This document shows positions 1 to 8,058 of a stretch of 32,000 bases of DNA, piece by piece. Under the pieces are notes generated by a model that made no database searches, was not told the DNA's origin, and saw nothing but the letters and a program-made list of their open reading frames with translations. This stretch comes from Eikenella corrodens (GTDB lineage: Bacteria; Pseudomonadota; Gammaproteobacteria; Burkholderiales; Neisseriaceae), in contig NZ_CP034670.1 of the NCBI RefSeq assembly GCF_003990355.1, forward strand, positions 1,396,690 to 1,428,689, in the 5' to 3' direction. Position numbers and translations under genes: made by a program. The first letter of the stretch is position 1, and every line of letters begins with the position of its first letter.

Positions 1-451
1 GCAGGAGGGAAATCAGGCCTTGGTAGCCGTCGCTTTGTTTGGCGATGATGCGGCGGTCGACGCGGGTGTTTTCCTGCAGCAGGGCGAAGTCGGCAGGGTG
101 CAGCTCAAACAGGCGCATTTTGTCGCTGTCGCGCAGCAGGCTTTGGGCAAGGCGGGGCGAGCCGCAATAGAAATCGGGCGCGGGCAGGATGCTGCGCAGG
201 TGTTGGCGGAATTGTTCCAGCTCGGCGGGCAGGGCGGGCGCGGCGAGCAGGCGGCCGATGCCTTGTTGGTGTTCGCCGGTTTTTTGCGCGGCATCGTCTG
301 TCAGGCGATATAAGCCGGCGCCGCTATGAGTGTCGATATACCAATAGGGCTTGTCTTTGCGGTTGAAATAGCCGAGGGTGAGAAACAGGATGAAATGCTT
401 GAGCATGTCGGCATGGTTACCGGCATGAAAGGCGTGGCGGTAGCTGAGCAT
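1..451 (-). CDS. rlmJ: 23S rRNA (adenine2030-N6)-methyltransferase RlmJ, N-terminal part; the gene runs off the window start
   Basis: Hand translation of the minus strand from the ATG at 451..449 gives MLSYRHAFHAGNHADMLKHFILFLTLGYFNRKDKPYWYIDTHSGAGLYRL... This matches the conserved RlmJ/YhiR N-terminus (MLSYRHSFHAGNHADVLKH ... DTHAGAG). It is absent from the ORF track because there is no stop codon inside the window. Confidence 0.85.
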   Translation of the reverse strand, partial: MLSYRHAFHAGNHADMLKHFILFLTLGYFNRKDKPYWYIDTHSGAGLYRLTDDAAQKTGEHQQGIGRLLAAPALPAELEQFRQHLRSILPAPDFYCGSPRLAQSLLRDSDKMRLFELHPADFALLQENTRVDRRIIAKQSDGYQGLISLL

Positions 452-535
452 GGGGTGTGGCGGCGGAGTGTGGGGAAAGGCGGCATTTTATAGCGGGTTG
501 GGCGGATTTCGCTACTTTGGCTAAATATTGCAGAT

Positions 536-564
536 AAAAAAAGGTGTGGCAGTCGGCCACACCT
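536..564 (-). terminator. Rho-independent terminator oriented for the minus strand, with no annotated gene feeding it
   Basis: A 9-bp stem aggtgtggc / gccacacct (542..550 and 556..564) is preceded on the plus strand by a run of 7-8 A. That run is a U-tract on the minus-strand transcript. The site lies upstream of the rlmJ start. Confidence 0.5.
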
Positions 565-1004
565 AAACACACACACATCAAGAGGAAAATGAATCCAATG
601 TTGCAAGAAACAGGAACATCTCTATTTCAACCAACCGGCTTTACTTGCCAGCCGGGCACTAAATCCTTTCAACTTGGAGGGAATTATAAAGATAATAGCG
701 GGGAGAAATATTGACCAAAATCAAATGAACGATAATTCGTAGCCCGAAAGTTTGGCAATTTATGCGTAAAAGAGGCTCTGTTAGCAAATTATCGGTGCGC
801 TTTGGCTTTTCAGGTAGCCTCGAATAGCTCAAACGGGCTGCCACAGGGTGGTCTGGCGTGCTAAAATACCTGTATATTAACAAGATGCCGTGCAACAGAA
901 CAGTTAGCGGGCAGGGGAATGGCCCTTGCCAACCGGCCTGAACTTAGGGAGGAGCGGAATGCGCCTTCGCCCCAATAGCCGCTAAAAGAAAGATTTAAAT
1001 ACGG

Positions 1005-2519
1005 TTGGAACAAATGATTAAATTTGCACTCGGGCGCAAAGCGGCCAAGTTGGTGAAAACAAAGCGGACGGAACAGGATAATCTGCCTGATGCCGAAGCA
1101 TACTACCGCCGTGCCCAACAGCTGCTGGAAGCAGAAGACACCCGTGAAAAAGCCGTGGCCGATATGCTCCAGGCCGCCGAAATGGGGCACCAGCAGGCGC
1201 AATACGAGCTGGGCGAATGGAACCGCCAAGGCCAAAATGTGCCGCAAAACCATGCCACCGCATTATATTGGCTGGAGCGCGCCGCCGCTTCAGGCTACCT
1301 GAAAGCCGCCTACAGCCTGGCTTTGATGCAGGCCAACGGCGAAGGTATGCAGCAAGACGTATTGGCCGCCAGCCAAGTGATGCAGCACCTGGCTGCGCAA
1401 AAATTCCCGCCGGCCATTGTGTGGCTGATGGAAAACGCGGCCGCCCACGGCCAGCACCAAAAAGCCTTTGCCTGGGCTTCCCATGCCGCCGCGCTGGGCG
1501 AACCGCAGGCACAATACCACATGGCCTATGCCCTCCTGCACGGATTGGGCACCAAAACCGACGTTCGCCAAGGCATCAGCTGGCTCAAACGCGCCGCCGA
1601 ACAGGACTATGGCGATGCGCAATGGCAGCTCGCCCGCCTGTATGAAACCGGCCGCTTCGGCGGCATGGACAAAGCCAAAGCCCTGCATTGGTATGAGCGC
1701 GTGGCCGCCAAAGGCGTGGTGGCTGCCCAAAGCAAGGCCGGGCATATGCGGCTCAACGGCATCGGTTGTGCTGCCGACCCCAAAGCCGCCGTACAATGGA
1801 TTATCCAAGCTGCCAACGCCAACGACTCGGAAGCGTTGAGCCTGCTGGCCAAACAGCTGCTCACCGGGCAGGGCATCCAGCAAAATTTCGAAGCCGCCGT
1901 GCGCTGCCTGGAGCAGGCTGTACGCCTGGGTAATGCCGACGCCATGTATCAAATGGGCGATGTGTACCGCTACGGCTTGGGCGTATCCAAAGACGACAAA
2001 CTGGCGCGACAATGGTACGAGCAGGCCGTGCTCAACGGGCACGAAGAAGCCAAAGAAAAGCTGGCCGAGCCGGTGAAACCCCAGCGCCACGCTTCCGACC
2101 CGGTGTGCCACCTGCCCGATCCGGAAGAACAGCTGGCCGAAGAACACTACCGCCAGGCCTTCATCTGCCATTTCGGTCTCAACGGCGTCACCCAAGACAT
2201 CGGCCAAGCCTTCTCGCTCTACAAAGCCGCCGCCGAATACGGCCTGCCGCGCGCGCAAACCAACCTCGGTATGATGTTTTTCCTTGGTGATTTTGTGGGC
2301 AAAGACTACGAAAAAGCCGCTGCTTGGTTTAAAAAAGCCGCCCTCCGACACGACCCCGTGGCGCATTACAACCTCGCCTGCCTCTACTACCACGGCTGGG
2401 GCGTGCGCGCCAACGCCGGCGAGGCAATTTCCCACCTCAAGGCCGCCATCGCCCAAGGTCATAAAAATGAAGGCGAATGGCAGAAACTCTTGGAGCAATG
2501 GCAGGAAGAATTGGCTTAG
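1005..2519 (+). CDS. Sel1-like (SLR/TPR-type) repeat protein
   Basis: 504-aa ORF with many roughly 36-aa repeats of the Sel1 type (A..WL.KAA.QG...AQY.LG.MY..G.GV..D...A..WY.KAA). The track start at 1005 is TTG; the ATG at 1014 (MIKFALG) is more likely. No signal peptide is apparent. Confidence 0.8.
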   Translation: MEQMIKFALGRKAAKLVKTKRTEQDNLPDAEAYYRRAQQLLEAEDTREKAVADMLQAAEMGHQQAQYELGEWNRQGQNVPQNHATALYWLERAAASGYLKAAYSLALMQANGEGMQQDVLAASQVMQHLAAQKFPPAIVWLMENAAAHGQHQKAFAWASHAAALGEPQAQYHMAYALLHGLGTKTDVRQGISWLKRAAEQDYGDAQWQLARLYETGRFGGMDKAKALHWYERVAAKGVVAAQSKAGHMRLNGIGCAADPKAAVQWIIQAANANDSEALSLLAKQLLTGQGIQQNFEAAVRCLEQAVRLGNADAMYQMGDVYRYGLGVSKDDKLARQWYEQAVLNGHEEAKEKLAEPVKPQRHASDPVCHLPDPEEQLAEEHYRQAFICHFGLNGVTQDIGQAFSLYKAAAEYGLPRAQTNLGMMFFLGDFVGKDYEKAAAWFKKAALRHDPVAHYNLACLYYHGWGVRANAGEAISHLKAAIAQGHKNEGEWQKLLEQWQEELA

Positions 2520-2541
2520 GGTAGGGCAGCCTAAAATCAAA

Positions 2542-2580
2542 AGGCTACCTGAAAAATGGCAAACGGTTTTCAGGTAGCCT
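2542..2580 (+). terminator. Inverted pair of uptake sequences (AGGCTACCTGAA / TTCAGGTAGCCT) forming a hairpin after the Sel1 gene
   Basis: Forward DUS at 2542..2553 and inverted DUS at 2569..2580, located 23 nt after the stop codon. Confidence 0.65.
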
Positions 2581-2772
2581 CTATATGCAGGTGAGAGCCA
2601 AACGCAACGCCCGCCTTAAAATATTCTGTTGTAAGTACCGCCTGCCTGCACTTTAAACCTGCCAACCCCGCCCTTATTTGCCGCTTAGAATTTACCCAAG
2701 GCCGACTTGCCCGCAAACCCCGCTTGCGCCACAATAAGCCCATCCCGCATAACACAGAAAAAGGAATAAACC

Positions 2773-3123
2773 ATGTCTGATATTGATCACAGCGATCCCA
2801 TTATCTTCACTGAAAGCTGCTGCAATAAGGTAGCCGAGCTGATTGCCGAAGAAAACAACCCCGATTTGAAACTGCGCGTGTTCGTGAACGGCGGTGGCTG
2901 CTCCGGCTTCCAATACGGTTTCACTTTCGACGAAATTGTGAACGACGACGACTTCCAAATCGAAAAAAGCGGCCTCGTTTTCCTAATCGACCCGATGAGC
3001 TACCAATACCTGCTCGGTGCGGAAATCGACTACACCGAAGGCCTGCAAGGCTCGCAATTCGTTATCCGCAGCAACCCGAATGCCGTAACTACTTGCGGCT
3101 GCGGTTCTTCATTCTCGGTTTGA
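2773..3123 (+). CDS. erpA: Iron-sulfur cluster insertion protein ErpA (IscA/HesB family A-type carrier)
   Basis: 116 aa with [20 protein letters not shown] and the C-terminal CGCGSSF motif typical of ErpA/IscA. Confidence 0.9.
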   Translation: MSDIDHSDPIIFTESCCNKVAELIAEENNPDLKLRVFVNGGGCSGFQYGFTFDEIVNDDDFQIEKSGLVFLIDPMSYQYLLGAEIDYTEGLQGSQFVIRSNPNAVTTCGCGSSFSV

Positions 3124-3145
3124 TTGCTTCAATCGCATGAATGAA

Positions 3146-3172
3146 AGGCTACCTGAAATTTTCAGGTAGCCT
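3146..3172 (+). terminator. DUS inverted-pair hairpin terminator of erpA
   Basis: aggctacctgaa (3146..3157), a 3-nt loop, ttcaggtagcct (3161..3172), then TTTT. Confidence 0.75.
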
Positions 3173-3273
3173 TTTAAATATAGTGAATTAAATTTAAACC
3201 AGTACAGCGTTGGCTCGCCTTGCCGTACTATTTGTACTGTCTGCGGCTCGCCGCCTTGTCCTGATTTAAATTT

Positions 3274-3986
3274 GGGGCTGTACTAGATTAGCCCTAAATT
3301 CCACACCAATCCCGCAGGATTTTTAGCTGCCTGGACGGTGTACCGAAGTTAAACCGAAATTCGCATTCTTTCAAGAACAGCGGGAAGGATTTGCGATCAA
3401 TTCCGTTGTATTTGCGCAAGACGCGTTTCACCTGATTTCCCAAATTCTCAATGCCGTTGATGTGGTTTTGACGGTCTGCAAATTCCTTGGAATGGTTGAT
3501 GCGGTAATGGATAAAACCGCTTACGTCCAACTTGTCGTAACTGCTCAGACTATCGGTATAAACAATACTGTCCGGCATGATTTTCTTTTTGATGACAGGG
3601 AGTAACGTTTCAGACTTGGCATTATCCACCACAACGGTACAGACCCGTCCGTTGCGTTTCAGGATGCCGAAGACAACCACTTTTCCTGCCGCACCGCGAC
3701 CACATCAGCCCTTGCGGTGCCCGCCGAAATAGCTTTCGTCCAACTCGACAGAGCCCTCGAAAACCTCATCGGCAGCCAAGGCCAGATGATGGCTGATGAC
3801 CATACGGATTTTGCGGTAGAACAGTGCTGCCGAATTGGGATGGATACCCAAAATATCGGCGGCAGAACGGGCGGTAACTTCGAGTACAAAAAAACGGAGC
3901 AGTTCTTTCTGTACTTTTTTCTTTAATTTGCAGTGTGTTATCTTCATATTTTGAGGGTAACACATCTGCTAATCTAGTACAGCCCC
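3274..3986 (-). mobile_element. IS1016-like insertion sequence (IS1595 family), 713 bp
   Basis: Perfect 19-bp terminal inverted repeats GGGGCTGTACTAGATTAGC at 3274..3292 and 3968..3986. The flanking 8-bp near-duplication is ttaaattt / ttgaattt. The element encodes a single DDE transposase of the IS1016 type. Confidence 0.85.
3294..3965 (-). pseudogene. IS1016-type transposase interrupted by one in-frame TGA (codon 87)
   Basis: Track ORFs 3705..3965 and 3294..3680 are in the same frame (the offset of 411 is divisible by 3). Hand reading across the gap gives ...YFGGHRKG*CGRGAAGKVVVFGILKRNG..., so the interruption is a nonsense codon at 3705..3707, not a frameshift. Confidence 0.8.
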
Positions 3987-4005
3987 TTGAATTTAATCCA
4001 CTATA

Positions 4006-4086
4006 AGAATGCTACGGCATTGGTGCGCTTGGCCGTATTACTCATACTGACGGTGACTCGCCGCCTTATCTGTAATCCGCTATATA
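4006..4086. repeat. Second, 5'-truncated and diverged Correia-like fragment
   Basis: gctacggcattggtgcgcttggccgtattactcatactgacggtgactcgccgccttatctgtaatccgctata aligns by eye to the inner and right parts of the element at 3179..4005. Confidence 0.45.
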
Positions 4087-4097
4087 TTGAATGGTAT

Positions 4098-4130
4098 AAA
4101 AAAGCCGGCTGGAAACAGCCGGCTAGTTTT
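4098..4130 (-). terminator. Rho-independent (bidirectional-looking) terminator of glyA
   Basis: Stem agccggct (4103..4110) and agccggct (4117..4124) with loop ggaaac. It is flanked by A6 on one side and a T-rich run on the other, about 35 nt after the glyA stop. Confidence 0.7.
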
Positions 4131-4160
4131 ATTTCAAGCGAGGCAATCTAAGCTATCTGC

Positions 4161-5411
4161 TTATGCGCCGTACACAGGGAATTGGTCGCACAAGGCTTTC
4201 ACTTCGCCAGCCACGCGCGCCAGGTTGGCTTCGTCTTCGGGTTTGTCCAGCACATCGGCCACCAGATTCGCCAGTTTGCGGGCGGCAGCTTCGTCGAAGC
4301 CGCGGGTGGTGATGGCGGCGGTGCCTACACGGATGCCGGAAGTAACGAAGGGTTTTTCCGGATCGTTCGGGATGGCATTTTTGTTGATGGTAATCAATGC
4401 CTTGCCCAGTGCAGCTTCAGCAGCTTTGCCGGTGATGTGTTTCGGGTGCAGATCCACTAGGAAAACGTGGCTTTCGGTGCGGCCGGAAATGATGCGCAGG
4501 CCGCGTTTTACCAGCTCTTCGGCCATGGCGGCGGCATTGATCTTCACCTGTTTGGCGTATTGCTTAAATTCGGGCGACAGGGCTTCTTTGAAGGCCACGG
4601 CCTTGGCGGCAATCACGTGCATTAGCGGGCCGCCTTGCAGGCTGGGGAAAATAGCGGAGTTGAGCGCTTTTTCGTGGGTATTGTCGCGGCACAGAATCAC
4701 GCCGCCGCGCGGGCCGCGCAGGGTTTTGTGGGTGGTGGTGGTAACGAAGTCGGCGTGCGGCACGGGGTTGGGGTATTCGCCGGCGGCAATCAGGCCGGCA
4801 TAGTGTGCCATATCCACAAACAGATACGCGCCCACTTTATCGGCGATTTGGCGGAAGCGTGCCCAGTCGATTTCCAAGGCGTAGGCGGAGGCGCCGGCCA
4901 CAATCATTTTGGGTTTGTGCTCAAGCGCGAGGCGTTCCACTTCGGCGTAGTCGAGCACTTCGTTTTCGTCCAGGCCGTAGGTGATGGCGTTGTAGAGCTT
5001 GCCGGAAATATTTACTGATGCGCCGTGGGTGAGGTGGCCGCCGTGGGCGAGGCTCATGCCGAGGATGGTGTCGCCGGGTTTCAATACGGAGGCATATACG
5101 GCTTGGTTGGCCTGTGAGCCGGAGTGGGGTTGTACGTTGGCATAGGCGGCGCCGAACAGTTTTCTCACGCGTTCGAGGGCAAGCTCTTCGGCCACGTCTA
5201 CGTGTTCGCAGCCGCCATAGTAGCGTTTGCCGGGATAGCCTTCGGCGTATTTGTTGGTGAGCTGGCTGCCTTGGGCTTCCATCACGGCGCAGCTGACGTA
5301 GTTCTCGGAGGCAATCAGCTCAACATGGTCTTGCTGGCGCTGTTCCTCGGCGGCAATGGCAGCGGCAAGTTCGGGATCGTATTTGGCTATGGTAAGGCTG
5401 TGGGAAAACAT
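4161..5411 (-). CDS. glyA: Serine hydroxymethyltransferase
   Basis: 416 aa with [24 protein letters not shown] and the [17 protein letters not shown]-lysine motif. Confidence 0.95.
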   Translation of the reverse strand: MFSHSLTIAKYDPELAAAIAAEEQRQQDHVELIASENYVSCAVMEAQGSQLTNKYAEGYPGKRYYGGCEHVDVAEELALERVRKLFGAAYANVQPHSGSQANQAVYASVLKPGDTILGMSLAHGGHLTHGASVNISGKLYNAITYGLDENEVLDYAEVERLALEHKPKMIVAGASAYALEIDWARFRQIADKVGAYLFVDMAHYAGLIAAGEYPNPVPHADFVTTTTHKTLRGPRGGVILCRDNTHEKALNSAIFPSLQGGPLMHVIAAKAVAFKEALSPEFKQYAKQVKINAAAMAEELVKRGLRIISGRTESHVFLVDLHPKHITGKAAEAALGKALITINKNAIPNDPEKPFVTSGIRVGTAAITTRGFDEAAARKLANLVADVLDKPEDEANLARVAGEVKALCDQFPVYGA

Positions 5412-5544
5412 GGTTTGGGTCTCCTTTGGCAGACAATGAATGGATGCTGGCAGAAAGCGTAGGATAAGCTGAACAAAAAACCGATCTTACCCACAACCGC
5501 GCCGTTCGCACTACCGACAGTTGGTTGGGGAAGGAAGAAGTTGT

Positions 5545-5736
5545 TTAGCTCATGCTAAGCGGTATTGTAGCCGAATTCGGTGCCGATAGCGAAAGCCCTT
5601 TGCTTCCTTCTTCGGCGGCTGGCCTAGGTACGGCTGCATAGGCTTGGCTGCCTACGGCGGCCAAGGTAGTGCCCAACAGGGCAATTTTGCTTGATTTTGA
5701 TTTCAACATTTCAAAAGTCCTTAATGGTTTCGCCAT
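5545..5736 (-). pseudogene. 5' remnant of the major coat protein gene fused to unrelated flanking sequence
   Basis: The first 37 codons (MAKPLRTFEMLKSKSSKIALLGTTLAAVGSQAYAAVP) are identical to 11952..12182. The sequence diverges exactly at the array boundary (5626), and the hydrophobic anchor is lost. Confidence 0.8.
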
Positions 5737-5905
5737 CGCCTCACGTGTACGCTATACCGCTTCCACGTGTGGCGTTGGCGTGCCCCTTTCGGGGCAGGCT
5801 GCGCCGCTGAAAACAGAGATTTGGCCGGCGGCGTTACGACCAAATAAAGAAATGGTGGGAGTGTTTACAGGGCTAGAAGGCACACCCCCGAAGCCTTAGA
5901 AATGG

Positions 5906-6187
5906 CTAACAGGTTTCATCCTGATAAAACACATAATCCTTATAAGCCCCGACTTGTACCTTGATTCTTACCACCTGATCGCGTTTGTACTGTTCGTACA
6001 ACGCGGGATTCTTGGTGCGAACAGAAAGCACTTGAGTGCCACTATTTTCATTACGAACCAGCAAGCCGACATGGTCGCTTACCGTCTCCGTGCCATCATC
6101 ACGGCGGCGGCGTTTCTGGAAAACGCGGTCAAACAAACCAACAACATAAAAGCCTTGTTTCATTTCAGACATAAAAGCCCCTTTCAT
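5906..6187 (-). CDS. Small protein in the gpV (ssDNA-binding) position, copy A
   Basis: 93-aa ORF whose start overlaps the Rep stop (ATGA). It sits between Rep and the coat gene. The function is assigned by position only. Confidence 0.55.
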   Translation of the reverse strand: MKGAFMSEMKQGFYVVGLFDRVFQKRRRRDDGTETVSDHVGLLVRNENSGTQVLSVRTKNPALYEQYKRDQVVRIKVQVGAYKDYVFYQDETC

Positions 6188-7260
6188 GCAGCCAATGGCT
6201 GCGAAGTTTCGAGAAAATCACCAAATGCCAAGATTTGGTGGCGGTTGAGGAATGCCCACTTACTGCCGATAGCATCCCGTAAAAAATCGTCGTAATCGTC
6301 CGTATCCATGCGGTGGGGCAGAATGCGCCCACGCTTTAAACTGGACTGTTTCAAATAATCTTTAAACGCCAAAAACCATTGCTTCAGGCATTCGCGCCAA
6401 TGCCGAGAACCAGCAGAGACAAAGGAAAAACAGCTATTGGCGCGTTTCCATTCCTGCTTCTTGTCCATGGAACAGCGAACCAAGCGAAAACCCTTGTGTT
6501 CAGGCTTGCGCGCCGCCAAGGATTTGCCGACATACTTCGCCACATAGGCAGCAATGCCCTTCGCCCCGCCTTTGATAGGTACGACCTGAAAACGCCCGAA
6601 TCCGTAGGCTGGCAGACGCTCGCGCCACAGCTTCCACAAGGCACGCAGCCGAGGGCTGGCGCTTGAGTAATCGCCGTTTGCCACTGCCTGAAAATCAAAT
6701 CCCGTGCGGCAGTCAAAACCGAGATTGACGACAAAATGGAAATGGATACGACCTGACTTATGCAGCTCGAACACACCCACATAGCCTTCAATCTGATGCC
6801 GCAGGAAATTGCTGTTCAGGCTGTTGAAACGGCGAGATGCTTCGCGCGGGTCGGTAACATGGTCGGGGAAAGTCAGGGTAACGAAAGCGCAGTTATCGAT
6901 ACCGTAGGCATCAATCAAACCGTGAATGTTCATTTCCAACGCAGCAGCAGACTTTCTACCGCTGGTTGAAAATTCCTGCGTTTCTTGGTGTGAAAAATCG
7001 TGGAAATAAACGGGGGGAACTTGTTCAGAAATTGAATTGTTACTATTAAGACAAGGAAGGGTCGCTGCGCTTCCTGCGGAAGCTCCGCGCCCCCCTGCCG
7101 CGGCTACCGCGCAGGCATCACAAACGCGGCTGTCAGCAGCAAAGTGCATCAAATCGTGATAGGTATCACATTGAATGCAGCGGCGGCGGTTCAGCATATA
7201 ACTGCCGTTGGCACTTATATGCTGCACCTTACCTGTTTGACGGTAGAGCGGGGCGGTCAT
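6184..7260 (-). CDS. Rolling-circle replication initiator (HUH/Rep, gpII/RstA-like), copy A
   Basis: Carries motifs FVTLTF, HFHFVV (HUH) and AAYVAKYVGK (catalytic Tyr). The track ORF extends to 7311. The ATG at 7260 overlaps the upstream stop (ATGA) and is the likelier start. Confidence 0.8.
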   Translation of the reverse strand: MTAPLYRQTGKVQHISANGSYMLNRRRCIQCDTYHDLMHFAADSRVCDACAVAAAGGRGASAGSAATLPCLNSNNSISEQVPPVYFHDFSHQETQEFSTSGRKSAAALEMNIHGLIDAYGIDNCAFVTLTFPDHVTDPREASRRFNSLNSNFLRHQIEGYVGVFELHKSGRIHFHFVVNLGFDCRTGFDFQAVANGDYSSASPRLRALWKLWRERLPAYGFGRFQVVPIKGGAKGIAAYVAKYVGKSLAARKPEHKGFRLVRCSMDKKQEWKRANSCFSFVSAGSRHWRECLKQWFLAFKDYLKQSSLKRGRILPHRMDTDDYDDFLRDAIGSKWAFLNRHQILAFGDFLETSQPLAA

Positions 7261-7478
7261 GGCAGCAACCCCGTTTCTATGAAACGCTGCCCTTCGAGAT
7301 GGGCGCAACAATAGCCGTAATCGCGCCCGATGGTTTCGCCATCAAGCCCGATTATGGGCTGTTGCAGGGGGTAGGATAGAAACACGCTGCCACCGACAGG
7401 AACGCCGCTGTCGTAGCAGACTAGATGCCATTCGTCGCCGTAGAGACAAACGGACACGGAGCGGTCAGCTTTAGCCAT
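7257..7478 (-). CDS. Hypothetical phage protein (73-77 aa), copy A
   Basis: ORF translationally coupled both upstream (8-nt overlap) and downstream (ATGA). No recognisable motif. Confidence 0.5.
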   Translation of the reverse strand: MAKADRSVSVCLYGDEWHLVCYDSGVPVGGSVFLSYPLQQPIIGLDGETIGRDYGYCCAHLEGQRFIETGLLP

Positions 7479-7725
7479 TACCACCCCCAATAAAGTTGTG
7501 TCCCATCATGCAGGCTTGTTCAAAGCCTACATCAAAGGTTGCGCCTTTATGATTAACCCATTCGGAAGGGAAGAAAGTAGAAAAGCAAATCTTGCCGTCT
7601 TCTTTGAAAACGACCTCGTAGCCCTCGATGTCATCGAGCGCTACGGGGAGCAGGTGGGAATCGGTGCGTTTGCGGGTGGTGTTGCTGATTTCGAAAGTGC
7701 GGAGAGTGCTAGAGGAGGAATTCAT
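7471..7725 (-). CDS. Hypothetical phage protein (84 aa), first gene of the replication operon, copy A
   Basis: ORF directly downstream of the divergent operator region. No recognisable motif. Confidence 0.5.
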   Translation of the reverse strand: MNSSSSTLRTFEISNTTRKRTDSHLLPVALDDIEGYEVVFKEDGKICFSTFFPSEWVNHKGATFDVGFEQACMMGHNFIGGGNG

Positions 7726-7742
7726 TTGATAGCCCTTATGTA

Positions 7743-7844
7743 ATTACCTAATTACCTAATTTCTACCAAACATACAATATTTGCCTAAAAATGTAAACAG
7801 GTAATTAAATATTTACCTAAATAGGCCTATATTCCATTACCTAA
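7743..7844. promoter_or_regulatory. Divergent promoter/operator region with reiterated (A/T)TTACCTAA boxes, copy A
   Basis: attacctaa occurs at 7743, 7751 and 7836, and tttacctaa at 7812. ttgcctaaa lies at 7781, and an inverted aggtaatta at 7799. The segment is AT-rich and lies between oppositely oriented operons. Confidence 0.5.
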
Positions 7845-7863
7845 AAACCACAGGGAAACCCAA

Positions 7864-8058
7864 ATGGCACGAGTAGGCACAACAAGCTACAACATCAAAA
7901 TTGATAAGAAACTGAAAATTGAAAGACTTGCAATGGAAGCTAGCCTAAAAGTAGGCAGAACCATCAAATGGACGGAACTCATGGACATTCTTGTTACCGA
8001 ATTCGGCAAAGATGCCCAAGAGATGCTGATTCATCGGGAGCAGGAGAAAAATGCGTAA
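7864..8058 (+). CDS. Small putative ribbon-helix-helix (Arc/CopG-like) regulator, copy A
   Basis: 64 aa. The N-terminal SYNIKID stretch followed by two helices (KLKIERLAMEA and WTELMDILVTEF) fits an RHH layout. The stop overlaps the next start (ATGCGTAA). Confidence 0.5.
   Translation: MARVGTTSYNIKIDKKLKIERLAMEASLKVGRTIKWTELMDILVTEFGKDAQEMLIHREQEKNA

Larger units (their letters stand above)
3179..4005. mobile_element. Correia-like miniature inverted-repeat element (CREE/NEMIS-like), split by an IS insertion
   Basis: 3179..3273 reads tatagtgaattaaatttaaaccagtacagcgttggctcgccttgccgtactatttgtactgtctgcggctcgccgccttgtcctgatttaaattt. 3995..4005 reads aatccactata. Joined, these resemble the Neisseria Correia element, with TATAGTG...CACTATA ends, as I recall its consensus. 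Confidence 0.6.

Noticed and set aside
301-606. 101-aa minus-strand ORF spanning the rlmJ start region.
   Set aside because: It is in a different frame from the clear RlmJ N-terminus that starts at 451, it reads through the terminator hairpin at 536..564, and its sequence is implausible.
566-1004. Possible structured RNA gene (tmRNA, RNase P RNA, SRP RNA, 6S RNA or a riboswitch) in the large ORF-free gap.
   Set aside because: I compared both strands from memory with the conserved cores of these RNAs and saw no match. Only the weaker sRNA hypothesis is kept, as a finding.
1290-2540. 416-aa ORF antisense to the Sel1-repeat gene. Similar long antisense ORFs occur at 4087..4803, 18472..19854, 21049..21732, 21918..22484, 24320..25036 and 26096..26947.
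   Set aside because: These are typical GC-rich shadow ORFs. Their translations are low-complexity and Gly/Ala/Arg/Val-rich. Each fully overlaps a gene with clear family motifs on the other strand.
3659-3889. 76-aa ORF in an alternative frame inside the IS. ORFs 3717..3926 and 3766..3963 are of the same kind.
   Set aside because: They overlap the recognisable IS1016-type transposase frame and have no motif of their own.
5669-5899. 76-aa plus-strand ORF (repeated at 12115..12345) opposite the coat gene start and the SSB-coat gap.
   Set aside because: It is antisense to the coat signal peptide, crosses strong hairpins and has no start context. It is probably spurious.
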